Source: Ranitomeya imitator
Lineage: Eukaryota
Assembly (NCBI RefSeq): GCF_032444005.1
Contig: NC_091284.1
Location: forward strand, 772,086,001 to 772,150,000
Length of the DNA stretch: 64,000 nucleotides
Direction: 5' to 3'
The first letter of the stretch is position 1; each line of letters opens with the position of its first letter. A program made the position numbers and the translations under genes. Below are positions 47,551-59,715 of this stretch, one piece after another. The notes under the pieces were generated by a model, which was not told the origin of the DNA, ran no database searches, and saw only the letters and a list, made by a program, of their open reading frames with translations.

Positions 47551-48122
47551 GGCCTCTTTCACACTTCCGTCGGCAGTGTCCCGTCCTAATGCGTCGGGAA
47601 GACGTACCGACGGATGTTTATAAAATAGTGTTAAAACGCACGCAACGCATCCAGTGTTATGACGGATGCGTCGCCTGAGTTTTTCTAGTGTAGATGTGGG
47701 ATTTCGCATTCTGGGGACGAGAGAGAGAGAGACTTTTCCCCGAGTTGGAATACGCTTCCAGGCATGCTTAGATGTAAAAACTGCATCCGTCACTGGATTC
47801 GGGCATTTCACAGTGTGCGCAGGATCCAGCGTCCATAGGCGCCCTTTCTTTGGAACGACGTATGCCGCAGGAGGCATCGAGGAACGTTTTTCCACTGCAG
47901 ACAAAAAACGTTTCATGGAAAGTTTTTCGGAAAAGACGGGCCGTCAAATTCCGCAGGATCCAGTGCTCGACGGACGAAACATGTGCCCATCCTTCGCGAT
48001 ACGTCGCTAATACAAGTCTATGAGAAAATGCAGGATCCTGCAAATTTTTTTTGCAGGATCCTGTTTTCTCAAAAAACGACGTATCTCGACAGGACTACAA
48101 AGACGGAAGTGTGAAAGAGGCC
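47551..48122. mobile_element. Harbinger-type MITE
   Basis: Perfect 21-bp TIR ggcctctttcacacttccgtc / gacggaagtgtgaaagaggcc; TTA TSD (47548-47550 / 48123-48125). Confidence 0.9.
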
Positions 48123-49404
48123 TTAGTCTCCACTCCTAAGCTGCGGGCTGTAGCTCCAGTCCTCCTCTCTGCTCTGCTCAGTTGTATCAGATAGGTCAGT
48201 GAGAAAACTCCAACTACTGCTGTCTCATGTAGTTCAGGGTGTAGTAAATTTAACAAGAAGGACTCCCCACTTTAGTCTTTCCTGGAGCAGTGGGGGCCCT
48301 AGGCAGCTGCTGGCCAGTATGCCAGCAGGTGTCAGTGCCTGGGCCCACCGGAGAATCCTCCGGTTCTCCGGTGGGCCAGTCCGAGCCTGCTTGTGTCACC
48401 CTCTTCCTTCTATATAAACCTCTGCAATATAGATTTAGTCCTAAGTACAGCTGAGACCTGTATACAACGGTATCCTGTCTGGAGAATACTTATTAACGCC
48501 AGACATTTTGCTAATACAGATTCCCTTACATTTTCAGCACATCAGAGTGTTTTATGCGCCAGCACATTTATTTTTGTTTAGTGGTGGAACAATAGTACCA
48601 AACTCTCAACTATGAGTAATCTGTATAGGATGAAGTTTTAATGTCGGGAGTCGGAGTTCTGCCACTTTTCCACTGATGTGAATGAGATTGCGTCACCCCA
48701 GACGTGAGGTCCACACCATGAATACTCCTCAAAACATGTCTGTATTAATCTCCATCACTAATATTTGTGTGTACTCTGTTATAATTTCCAACAGACGATT
48801 CTATGAAGCAAACACAATGCCGCTGCCAATGTCAAGATCATTTATTTGCGAAGAAATTCCCCCTCTCCCTCATATTTGCACATTTTTCTTTGCTTGTCAC
48901 GTGGCAAATATTTCTCTCGATTTATTCCGTTTCCAACATATATGAACATTTTTGGAAGTTCGGCCTCCGTCTTGTTGGGGTCTGAAATCCTCTGTGCGCG
49001 AGTGACTGTACTAAGCGGAGGATAAAGGTCTGTAGGCCGCAGGCCGCGCTATGATTTGGGATTTTTACAGGCAGGTACCATAAAACTTAATAACACATCC
49101 GGACTTACCCCAGCACTTTGAAGTTAGAGCATAGCGCCAAATCTTTACTGGAAGGACTGGATTTGAGTTCTGAAACCTGGGATTTGTTCTCAATGCCTTC
49201 TTTAAACTCCCGGCATCCTTGTGAATTTACTGAGGATTGTGTTTTTCTATATGATTGACAGCTAGCAAGGTGGAGGCATTTGGTTGTGTGCCTTTGTTGC
49301 TGCACTTTGTAAAGGTGTTGTTTTTTTATAGATTCAATATAGTTTGCTCATGTAACTGAGCAAATAAACTTTTTTGCACCTTGTCCTAATCTAACACAAG
49401 GTAA

Positions 49405-49817
49405 AGGTACCGTCACACATAACGATATCGATATCATTAACGAAATCGTTCTGTGTGACAGCGACCAACGATCAGGCCCCTGCTGAGAGATCGTTGGTCG
49501 CTGGGGAAAGTCCAGAACTTTATTTCGTCGCTGGACTTCCCGCAGACATCGCTGAATCGGCGTGTGTGACACCGATCCAGCGATGTCTTCACTGGTAACC
49601 AGGGTAAACATCGGGTTACTAAGCGCAGGACCGCGCTTAATAACCCGATGTTTACCCTGGTTACCATTGTAAATGTAAAAAAAACAAACACTACATACTT
49701 ACATTCCGGTGTCTGTCGCGTCCCTCCCCTTCAGCTTCCCAGCGACCACACAGCGACGCTGCAGAGGTCGGCATCGTTGTCTAGATCGCTGCAGCGTCGC
49801 TAAATGTGACGGTACCT
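49405..49817. mobile_element. Harbinger-type MITE, same family as 46273-46914 (internally deleted)
   Basis: aggtaccgtcaca / tgtgacggtacct; TAA/TTA flanks. Confidence 0.85.
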
Positions 49818-52800
49818 TTAGTTATAGCCACATTTCAGCCATACTTACCAACATTAAGGTTGATAGAAAAGGTACATTTAAAGAGTTAATGTCATTTTAT
49901 TTTGTCCATAAATGAATGGTACATGTGAAAATAAAAAAAACAACAACTTTGTAATATCTCTTTCTCAGAAGTCAGCTCCTGGACTAAAAATTCTCCATCC
50001 ATTCTCAAATAAGCACGGATTTTCTCAATACTTAGATAGATGTCAGTTGGTGCTCTTAAAGTTCTATGGAGAAATGTAACTGTGGTTTGAGTAGAACTTG
50101 CAGCAAAATGTCCGTATCCACCTCTAGCGCCTCCTCCTAGAATGTTATGAGCACCAACTGCCATCTTCTATCTCAGTAATGTGAAAATGAGTCTTCACTG
50201 AGTACAGATTTTATCCATAAATTGAGAGCGAAGGATCAGTCCAGGTGGTGAAAGAAGCAGATTTCTCAGATAAGATATATAGCTCTGGCAAAAATTAAGA
50301 GACCACTGCAAAATTTTCAGTTCGTCTGATTTTTCTCTTTATAGGTATATTTTTGAATAAAATGTAAATTGTTCTGTTATTCTATAAACTACTGACGACA
50401 TGTCTCCGAAGTTCCAAGCAATAAATTTTGTATTTATTTTCTGAAAATGAGAAATGGTCAAAATAACAAAAAAGTGCATTGCTTTCAGACCTCAACTAAT
50501 GTTAAGAAAACAGGTTCATAATCATTTAGAAACAACAATACTAATGTTTTAACTCCGGAAGAGTTCAGAAATCAATATTTGGTGGACTAACCATGATTTT
50601 TAATCATAGCTTTCATGCGTCTTGGCATGCTTTCCACCAGTCTTTCACATAACTTTTGGGTGACCTTATGTCATTCCTGGCACAAAAATTTAAGCAGTTC
50701 TTCTTTGTTTGATGGCTTGTGACTATCCATCTTTTTCTTGATTACATTCCATAGGTTTTGAATGGGGTTCAGGTCTGGAGATTGGGCTGGCCATGACAGG
50801 GATTTGATGTGGTGGTCCTTCATCCACACATTGATTGACCTAGCTGTGTGGCATGGCGCATTGTCCTGCTGGAAAAAACAGTCCTCAGAGTTGGGGAACA
50901 TTGCCTGAGCAGAAGGAATCAACTGTTTTTCCAGGATAACCTTGTTTGCGGCTTGATTCATCCGTCCTTCGCAAAGATTAACCTGCCCAATTGCATCCTT
51001 GCTGAAGCATCCCTAGATCATCACCTATCGTCAACCAAATTTCAGAGTGGGTGCAAGACACTGTGCCTTCTATCTACGCCTCTCCAGATTTCCATCTAAC
51101 CATTAGACGACCAGGTGTTGGGCAAAGCTGAAAATTAGACTCATCAGAGAAGATTACCTTACTCCAATCCTCTATGGTCCAATCATTATGGTCTTTGGCA
51201 AACTTCAGCCTGACTCTCCTTTGCTTCTCATTGATGAAAGGCTTTTTTCTAGCATTACATGGCTTGAGTCCTGCCTCTAGGAGCCTGTTATGAACTGTTC
51301 TTGCCGTGCACTTCACCCCAGCTGCCATTTGCCATTCCTTTTGTATTGATCCTGTGATTGCTGAGTGACATTCGAATGAGATGACGGTCATCCCGGTCAG
51401 TGGAGAGTCGTTTTTGCCCTCTGCCGGTCTGTAGCTTCATTGTCCCTAATGTCTGCTGCTTGACCTTGTTGTAATGGACTGCCGTCTTAGAAATTTTTTT
51501 TTTTAACCAATAAATTTTTATTGAGAAATTGCATAATAAACCACACATCAGTGAACTTCGGGAAGAGGAGGGGGAGGAAGGGAGGGGAGGGCAATCGGAG
51601 AGGGAAGGGGGATGCGGGGAAAAATCCAGTGCAAAATACATAAAGACCACAAAATAATCAGTACAAAATACACAAGTACAGTGTCAAGTACAGCAAAAAA
51701 AGGAAATTAAAAAAAAACATACTTTTTAAATGAGGGCAAGAGCAGACTGGGAGATGAATGTGGAGGACACCCAGGGGTCCCACCATGAGAGGACCCTAGT
51801 TTTCCTCGACAAACCCTGAGCCATAATAACCTCATAGCAGAAGTGTAAATCGATTTTGGCAATCAGTTCGGCTCTGGAAGGGAGATCCGAGGACTTCCAA
51901 TGTTTCGCAATACATTGTCTGGCGGCAACTAGGACATTAGCGACTATGGGCCGGAGAGGTGAGGGGAGATCGATGAGGGAAATGCCCAGGACAGCGAGCT
52001 GACCATTCACCGCCAGGGGGAGATGAGTCAGATCGGTAATCAATGCCTCCACCTCATGCCAGAAAGCCTGAATCCGCGGGCACGACCACCAGACATGGGA
52101 GGAGGAACCCAGGGTGCCACACCCCTTCCAACAAAGAGGGGAGGAAGACGGGGAAAACTTCGCCAAGCGGACAGGGGTAATGTACCAATGCAGCTGTATC
52201 TTTTTCACCTGTTCCAAGTGGCCGATACATGAGGAGAATTTAGAGGGATGTATCATTGCAAACTGCCAATCCTCCAGGGAGGCCTCAAAGCCCAACGAGG
52301 CCTCCCAGGAAGTCATAAATTGAAATTTGTCAGTGGAACCATGGGATATGAGAGCTTTGTAGATAATGGAGATGCCATGGGGCAATATAGTGGCTGGTCT
52401 GAAGAACCTATGAGCCGGATCCTCTGTTAAAGGCGGGGGCGCCCCGAACGGCCGACGTGACCTGATAAAGCTACGGAGCTGAAGATATTGGAAAAAGTCA
52501 GCGATATTTAGGGAGAATCTCCCTGAGAGGTCCTCAAATGACAGAAGGCCATCTGAGCCAAATAGGTCCGCCACCCGGAGCACCCCACGGCGTCTCCAGG
52601 AGGAAAGAGAAATGTGCCCGATAGCATACTCCAAAGCCTGCAAAGAGACATAATCATACATGAACCCCAAATGAGAGGAGCTAAGCAGCGCCCAGAGTTT
52701 AGCAGCGTTCCTGATAGAGCGGAGACAAGGGCCCACAAGAGGAACCCGAAGCAGCTGAAGTTCTAAGAGTAATTTAAGCGAGTTTTGGGGGGCAAAGTGA

Positions 52801-53430
52801 GACTCAATAAGGAACCAGGGCAAGCATGAGTTCCCCTCCCACCATATTTTAAGGGGCTCAAGGATCGCCGCCCTATAGTAAGACTGCACCGCAGGAGCGC
52901 CCAGCCCACCCACAGAGTACGGGAGGGACATAATCCGACGCCTGACCCTGTGTGGCTTCTTGTTCCAAATAAACCGATCTATAAGCGATTGAAAAGCTGA
53001 AATAAACTTCGAGGGGATAAAAAGGGGGAGGCAACGGAAGAGATACATAATTTTAGGTAGGAACAACATTTTAGTAGTTTGTATGCGGGCCATCCATGAG
53101 AGTGTCGCATTCGATAAATGATCCATGCCCTTCCTGACCTCCGCAAGAGTTTCCTCACAATTTGCGCGAACTATATTGTCTAACCCAGTTACCCTGATAC
53201 CTAGGTACGTGAAGCCCAGGGGAGCCCAAATGAACGCGTATTGTGATTGAATTTGGATTTGAAGGGGGGCCGCGAGAAAAAGGGGAAAGATTGTGGATTT
53301 AGTCAAATTAAGTTTGTAGTATGAAACCGCCGAGAACTCAGTTAAAATGGAGGTGATCGCGTTCAACGAGGTTAAAGGTGAGGTGCAGGTCAGTGCCACA
53401 TCATCGGCGTAGAGACCAATTTTGTGTTCA

Positions 53431-53597
53431 AATAATGTAATGGCGGCCGACAGCACTACTGCAGCATAAAGTGGTTGCTCGTCCTAACTCCACAGGACCC
53501 AAGTGGAGAGGTACATACCAACGTATTGAAGTGAAGGACAGCATCCAATCCAGCTGAAGAAAAGAAAACACTTTATTGTGCCATAGGTCCTTCACTT
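53431..53597 (-). mobile_element. 167-bp insertion with 14-bp TSD and terminal inversion, probably Penelope-like
   Basis: CAATTTTGTGTTCA at 53417-53430 and 53598-53611; aagtgaaggac...gtccttcactt inverted pair; removal restores EHKIGLYADD. Confidence 0.6.
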
Positions 53598-54379
53598 CAA
53601 TTTTGTGTTCAGTTCCCCCCACCACAATTCCCTTTATGTCCGCACTTTGCCTGACCATTGCAGCCAAGGGCTCCATGACCAGAGCAAAAATGATAGGGGA
53701 GAGGGGGCAGCACTGACGCGTACCGTTCCGAATGGGAAATGTCCGAGACCCAAAACCCGCCGATCGAACCGACGCACAGGGGTTGGAATATAATGCCATG
53801 ACCACTCTACCAATCTGCCCGGTGAGCCCAATTTTCTCCAATGTGAGTTCAATATATCCCCAGTGCACCCTGTCGAACGCTTATTCGGCATCAAGCGACA
53901 GAAATACACTGGGGAGGCCACCCCTCTCCACCACATCCAAAAGATCTATCAGGCGCCTGGTGCCATCCCTGGTCTGTCTGCCAGGAACAAACCCAACCTG
54001 GTCTGGGTGAATGAGGCTAGGGAGAACCAAGAATAATCTGTTGGCCCAGATTTTTGCATAAATCTTAACGTCGCAGTTTAAGAGTGCTATCGGGCGGAAG
54101 TTCCCCGGAGATGTTGGGGGTTTCCCTTGTTTGGGGAGAGTTGCTATGGAAGCCTCCGACCCCTCAGCCCTAATACTGCCTGTCGACAACCAATTATTAA
54201 AAAGGCGCAAAAGATAAGGGGAGAGGACAGAAAAGAACTGGGCATAGTAAAGAAAAGAAAAGCCATCTGGCCCAGGGGAGGAACCCTTATTGGCCTCTCT
54301 GGCAATCTGCGAGAGCTCAGACTCGACAATGGGGGAGTTTAGGAAGGAGAGCTGTTCCGCAGTGACCGAGGGGAGATTA

Positions 54380-54684
54380 GGCTACGTTCACATTGGCGTT
54401 CCGCCAATGTGCGTCGCTGTTGCGCCGGCGACGCAGCGGCGACGCAGCGGCGACGCGCCCCTATGTTTAACATAGGGGACGCGTGCGTTTTTAGGGTGGC
54501 GTTTTTCGACACTTGCGTCGTTTCCGACGCTAGCGTCGGACGCAAGAAAATGCAACAAGTTGCATTTTCTGTGCGTCCGATTTTAGTCAAAAAACGACGC
54601 ACGCGTCGCAAAACGCGCGTTTTTTTGTGCATCGCGCGTTGCGTCGCCGACGCAGGGCGGCGCAATGCTAGTGTGAACGTAGAC
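54380..54684. mobile_element. Harbinger-type MITE inserted in L1 ORF2
   Basis: ggctacgttcaca / tgtgaacgtagac; TTA TSD 54377-54379 / 54685-54687; removal restores LERANLPSV. Confidence 0.88.
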
Positions 54685-56344
54685 TTAGCCCTCTCCAAGA
54701 ATGCCAAAATTGACTCCCGCGAAGGCTGGGGAATCCCTGGGTCAGACCCGAGGTCATAGAGAGAGGAATAATAAGATGCAAATTCCTCAGCAATATGAAT
54801 AGGGTTGCACACCCGGGAACCGTCAGGCCTGAGCAAGAATGGGATCTTGGATTGAGCCTCCCTCTTCCTAACACGTCTGGCCAGAACAGCACCCGCTCGG
54901 TCCCCCATTGTATAAAATTTAGCTCTAGTTTTCCTCAGAGTCTTCTCAGCTTTATGGAGGAGCAGGTTGCGGACATGCATGCGAGCAGTAGAGAGATCAG
55001 AGAAAAGCGCTGGTGTAGGAGATAGTTTGTAAGCAGTCTCGAGATGAGTTAATTCATCTAGGGCAGATTGGAGAGCTGCATTATTCTTCCTTTTGGCCGT
55101 TGCCGCCATCTTAATGAGACAACCCCTAATTACCGCCTTGTGGGCAAATCAAAGGGTGTCGTCACATATGTCAGGAGTATCATTGGAGGCAAAAAATTCC
55201 CGCAAGGCCTCCTCTATACCCCGGGAGTTGGATTGGTCAGCAAGGAGATGGGCGTTGAGACGCCAGTGTGCGGGAGGCCTGATGGCCAAGGGGTCTTTTA
55301 GAGTAAGGGACACCGGGGCATGATCCGACCAGGTGATACTGCCTATATCTGCTGAGATGCAGTGAGGAAGAGCCACGTCATTCACCAACACAAAATCAAT
55401 CCTGCTGTAGGAGCCGTGCCTGGGAGATAAGAACGTGTAGTCTCTCTCGCTGCAATGCAGATATCTCCAGATATCATGCAGGTTGAAAGAATTAGTTAGA
55501 GGACCTGCTTCGCATCTTGACAGGGAGGAGGCAGAACAGTCCAGATCTCTAGACATTGGAGCATTGAAATCACCAGCAATCAGTTTGTGGCCGTGTTGGA
55601 TGTCGTGTAGAATTTTGAAAACCCCCTCCAGAAATTTGAGCTGCCCTACATTAGGGACATAGATCGAGGCAATGGTGTAGGGTGCATTGTTAATAAGGCA
55701 TAGAACCACAATGAACCTACCCAGTGGATCCGCTATAGAGCGAACCAGCTGAAAGGAGTTGGCCCTGCTAAAGAAAATGGCTACTCCCGCTTTTTTTGAC
55801 GGGCCATTAGCAAAAAATTGCTGCGGGTATAAACCTGAGTGCATTCTGGGGTTATCACATTCCAGCAAGTGTGTTTCCTGAAGACATAGAATATCATGTT
55901 GGGATTTGCCCAACTGACGCCACACAACAGACCTCTTGCCCGGAGAGTTGAGACCATTAACATTAATTGAATACAACGAAATACTTATAATGAGGTCATG
56001 TAAACAGTTTTGTAATCATCTGGACACCGATAACCTGTGTATGAGAATAGAAGACATGTGGCCAGTAAACTAGAGCATACATGTGGGAAGACCGGGAGAA
56101 GGGAAGAAAAAAAGGGAGGGCACAAACAAGACATACGACAAATAACAAATAAACCAGTGGACCGAGGTCCATTCAGGGAAACCCTGAGTCTAAAAGGTGA
56201 GAATCAGAAAAACAGTTCACCTTTGGGTTAAACAAAAACTGCGGATACACTCGAAAGAGGGACCAGCGCAGCTTAAAAACAAGAAAAAAGAAAACAAAGT
56301 AAATCCGTGCGGGAAAATAGCCAGGAACCATAGATGCAGTGGGC

Positions 56345-57400
56345 TCAGGCCACCTCCCAGTCCGGTGTAATGCGGGCCCTGAGGCCTCCGCCACCTCCAG
56401 GCTTAGAAAGGGTCACAGAGACCGGAGAGTCAGGAGTTGAAAGTCCCCATTTGGAGAGAGCGGTAGCTGCGTGAGACGGAGTCAGACAGGTGGTGATCGA
56501 TCCATCTTTGCGGATGAGGAGCTTGGTCGGAAACCCCCAGCGGTACTGGATGCCTTTCTCTCTGAGGATCGTAGTATAGGGGGCAAAGGCCCTCCGCAGG
56601 GCCAATGTACCCGGGGAGAGATCTGGAAAAACAGAGATGCGTGCAAATCTTTCAGGGAGGGCTGGATTCTTCCTTAGAGCCTGGAGAAAATCTTCCTTCA
56701 TTTCGTAGAAGTGTATGCGTGCCAGCACGTCTCTTGGGACAGAGGGACCCAGGCCAGACGGTTTAGGGATCCTGTGCACACGGTCAATTATGATATCCTT
56801 AGGAGCAAACTGAGGGAGAGCTGCAACCATAAAGTCCTGCAAAAATAGCTTCAAATCCCCTGCAAGGACAGATTCCTCAATGCCTCTGAGCTTAACGTTG
56901 TTTCTCCTGGACCTGTCTTCCAGGTCCAGGGCTTTAGAGTGGGTTTTAGTGGCCAGGGTTTGCAGGGTCTCATGGGCGTCCCAGAGTTCGTTATGGGTAG
57001 AGACCAGCTCCGCCATCTTGCGTTCCAGGCGGTCAGTGCGATTACCCAGCTCCACCACCTCCCCTCTTAGTTCAGCCAGCATAGTGCGCATATCCTCTTG
57101 AATGGAGGTTCTGAGGTCTCCAAGCAAGCCCTTGAGGAGAGCAGCAGTCACCGGACCGTCAGCTGAATCCGACGCCGCAGCGCCTGAATGCGACGCTGCT
57201 CCGCCTGAATGCAACGCTGCTCCGCCTGAATGCAACGCTGCACCACTTGATTGCGACGCTTGAGCGTTGCGTTGCGAAGAGCGGGAAGGCCTGGGGGAGG
57301 ACGGCGCCATCTTGGATTTCGGCGGTGGCTGTGGGGTGGCCGCAAAGAAATCAGGAATTCTCCTGGAGGGATCACGGGCGCCCGCTTTAGATTTCCCCAT
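56345..57400 (-). CDS. L1 ORF1p, intact 351-aa reading frame
   Basis: ATG to stop uninterrupted; coiled coil then LEDRSRRNNVKLRGIEE, RRM (IIIDRVHR, PRDVLARI), CTD (YRWGFP). Confidence 0.85.
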   Translation of the reverse strand: MGKSKAGARDPSRRIPDFFAATPQPPPKSKMAPSSPRPSRSSQRNAQASQSSGAALHSGGAALHSGGAASHSGAAASDSADGPVTAALLKGLLGDLRTSIQEDMRTMLAELRGEVVELGNRTDRLERKMAELVSTHNELWDAHETLQTLATKTHSKALDLEDRSRRNNVKLRGIEESVLAGDLKLFLQDFMVAALPQFAPKDIIIDRVHRIPKPSGLGPSVPRDVLARIHFYEMKEDFLQALRKNPALPERFARISVFPDLSPGTLALRRAFAPYTTILREKGIQYRWGFPTKLLIRKDGSITTCLTPSHAATALSKWGLSTPDSPVSVTLSKPGGGGGLRARITPDWEVA

Positions 57401-58714
57401 ACACTCACCACCGCACCGGGAACCGATACCGATATCGCGGAGGTGAACGGGAACGCCGAGGAGGTAGATATGGGCCGCTTTAAGGTTCCTAGCTGTGGAG
57501 CTCCCGCTCTGTGCGACCTACTCCATCAGCAGACAGGCCACGCTCACTGTGTCCTTCTACCAGTAAAGTCAGAATTGAGCCATTCTTTCCTAACTCAACA
57601 CTTTTCTTTTCAACTCCTTTGGCATGGTTAAAAGTTATTTTTTCATTCCTATTACTTTTGGGATATAACTAGCATTTGTTTTGCCATCCAGCTTATCCTA
57701 TTGCAAGAGGATTGTGAACACCACAGCAGGGTTTTTTATACTTTCCTTCGCTAAATAAGATTTGGTTCAGGTGATCACCTAATCAGAAGCACCTTAAGTA
57801 GAATGAGGTGTCCTCAGGTTGGAATTCAACTGACACTGGAATGGAATGGCTGTCAGATATGTAGAGAAGCTGATTTTTATAAAACTGTGCAGTGGTCTCT
57901 TATTTTTTTGCCAAAGCTGTATATTACAGAGTTGCTTATTTTCATGTTTAATAACGATTTATGACTTACAAATAAAAACGACTCTTATGCTTTCAGTCCT
58001 CAGGAATTACCTGCCCTGCCCAGGAATGTGCACTTTTATGTGACCGTTACATACATCCCACCATTTTTCTGAAGCTCTGAATTTGCCAGAATTGTATAAT
58101 AACAGTAATAGGGACCATCCTAGTAAATTCTGGAGTATGGACAGCTATGATTTCAGTATTTAACAGCTGGACCCTCTACCATCAACATATAATAAAACGC
58201 CACGGTGTTCTATGTTCAGTTCAGTAGAATCATACAGCCCCCAAAATCTTGTGACTCGGAAAGTGACTCTAAAATGAGACCCTATTATGGCCATGTAAAG
58301 GGTTTGTCTAGTTTTAGAAAGTTAGCAGTGGCCACAAAGATCATCTCTTACGTCTGAAGACCAGGCACATTTATGATTGACTCATACAGCTCATTGATAT
58401 CAAAGGTTAATGTGTAATGCTTCATTTTCCCTGTGGTGGCGCTAAATACCCGTTTTTTTATTTTTATTTTTAATGACGACTTTAAGGAGGGTCTGAGGAT
58501 GAGCACCTGCCCATCTGTTACTGGGTCCATGGACATTAGCACATAAAAACATGGATCCAAAACATATTGTGTTCATCATGTGTTCAAATTGCATTTTTTC
58601 TTTTGCAAAATAAAATCTTAGTACGTCCCCACCCAAATAATAGGGTGGATATAAAAAAGCTAGAAATAGTGAAGACATTTTGCCAAAGAAATAGAAGCCA
58701 GCGACATGTATACC

Positions 58715-58981
58715 CAGTGTTGGACCGGCGTGCCAAGGGCCCACCAGTAACAATGACTTTGGGGGCCCACTTTTCACCTGCATACAAATATTACCCTTTT
58801 TCAAAAATATACCTATATCTCTACCTAATAATAAACTGGGTAGTGTGGTTAATGAATGATGAGATGCTGCTTTTTTCTGTACAGAGTGAATCAAGTGAAT
58901 TATGCCATGTACTACCCATATATTGGGGTTGGGGGCTCACCGGGGGATTCCCCTGTTCCCCTATGGGCCAGTCCGAGCCTG
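58715..58981. mobile_element. hAT-type MITE
   Basis: Perfect 8-bp TSD TGTATACC (58707-58714 / 58982-58989); termini cagtgttggacc / cagtccgagcctg. Confidence 0.85.
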
Positions 58982-59261
58982 TGTATACCACATTCATAGA
59001 TACAAGGGGACAAAACCTCACTGTTGTCCACTGAAATCATTTTCTACCTCTTGTTTATCCATTCAGAATTAAAGTACAATTCCGGGGTTTTGTATAGGTA
59101 TCAGTAATGTATGTTCCCTGTGTCATAAATTACTTACCGGTCTCTTCCCATCACCTTCTGCACCTTGTGACCACAGTCATGAGTGGCCGGACCGCTCCAG
59201 TGATTGCTGGGCAGACCAGAAGTCTGAAACTCAGACCAAGGGTCTCATAGACTTACATTAA

Positions 59262-59715
59262 AGGCGTTGCCCACTACTCAAACAACCCCTATGTTTCCTC
59301 CCCATGAAAATAGTACTATTTTTACTCACCTATGGTGCCGGTGCCATTCAAGCGTTGTCAGCACTGGCTCTCCCAGGGCTCCCGTGACATTTTTATGTCA
59401 TACGACCCCTGTGGCCAATCAGCGCTGGTTCCCTTCTCTGCCTTTGGACACATCAAGATGTCTGGAGGAAGCGAGAGCTGCTGCTGCCGTGTCACGTCCT
59501 TCGTATGTCAATTCCGACCATAGGAGGGGAAGTGAAGCCAGCGCTGATGGGCCACAGGGATTGCATGACATAAAAATATGAAGAGATCCCAGGAGATCCA
59601 ATGCCGACACTGCTGGAATGGCTCCGGCACCGGAGGTGAGTATAATAGGTGTCACTATTTTACTGAGGGGAACCATCGGGTTTCAGAAGGGGTTATCCAA
59701 GTAGTGGACAACCCT
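59262..59715. mobile_element. T2/Kolobok-type MITE
   Basis: TTAA|aggcgttgcccactact ... agtagtggacaaccct; internal inverted segments. Confidence 0.65.

Larger units (their letters stand above)
45645..48230. repeat. Old degenerate tandem family (about 270-300 bp unit) interrupted by two MITEs
   Basis: Recurring ctccagtcttcctctctgctct (about 45769, 47039, 47307, 48155), gggaatgag and agtagccccagt motifs. Confidence 0.7.
51726..55990 (-). pseudogene. L1 ORF2p (EN-RT), disrupted
   Basis: SINVNGLN, LQETH, AGDFN, SRIDF, SDHAP; FRPIALLNCD, YADD; nonsense stops at 55149 and 53881; two insertions (54380, 53431). Confidence 0.95.
51494..57543 (-). mobile_element. Full-length L1-clade LINE
   Basis: 5'UTR, ORF1, ORF2 (APE endonuclease, RT, C-terminal CWKGC...H...C knuckle), 3'UTR and poly(A) (poly-T at 51494-51504 on plus). 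Confidence 0.95.
50572..57625 (-). pseudogene. Tc1 transposase pseudogene (N-terminus 57625-57544, remainder 51497-50572)
   Basis: MPKELKRKVLS*...; KISKTAVHYNK; WSKVIFSDESNF; FQQDNAPCH; WPAQSPDLNPIQNLW (catalytic E>Q); STKY*; stops and frameshifts. Confidence 0.9.
50280..57919 (-). mobile_element. Tc1 DNA transposon split by an L1 insertion
   Basis: TIR (c>t)agctctggcaaaaattaagagaccactgca / tgcagtggtctcttatttttttgccaaagctg; TA at 50278-50279 and 57920-57921. Confidence 0.93.

Noticed and set aside
53548-53566. CTGAAGA-aaa-GAAA as a fourth hammerhead
   Set aside because: No stem II, I or III can form, and the motif lies on the strand opposite the insert's poly(A) signal.
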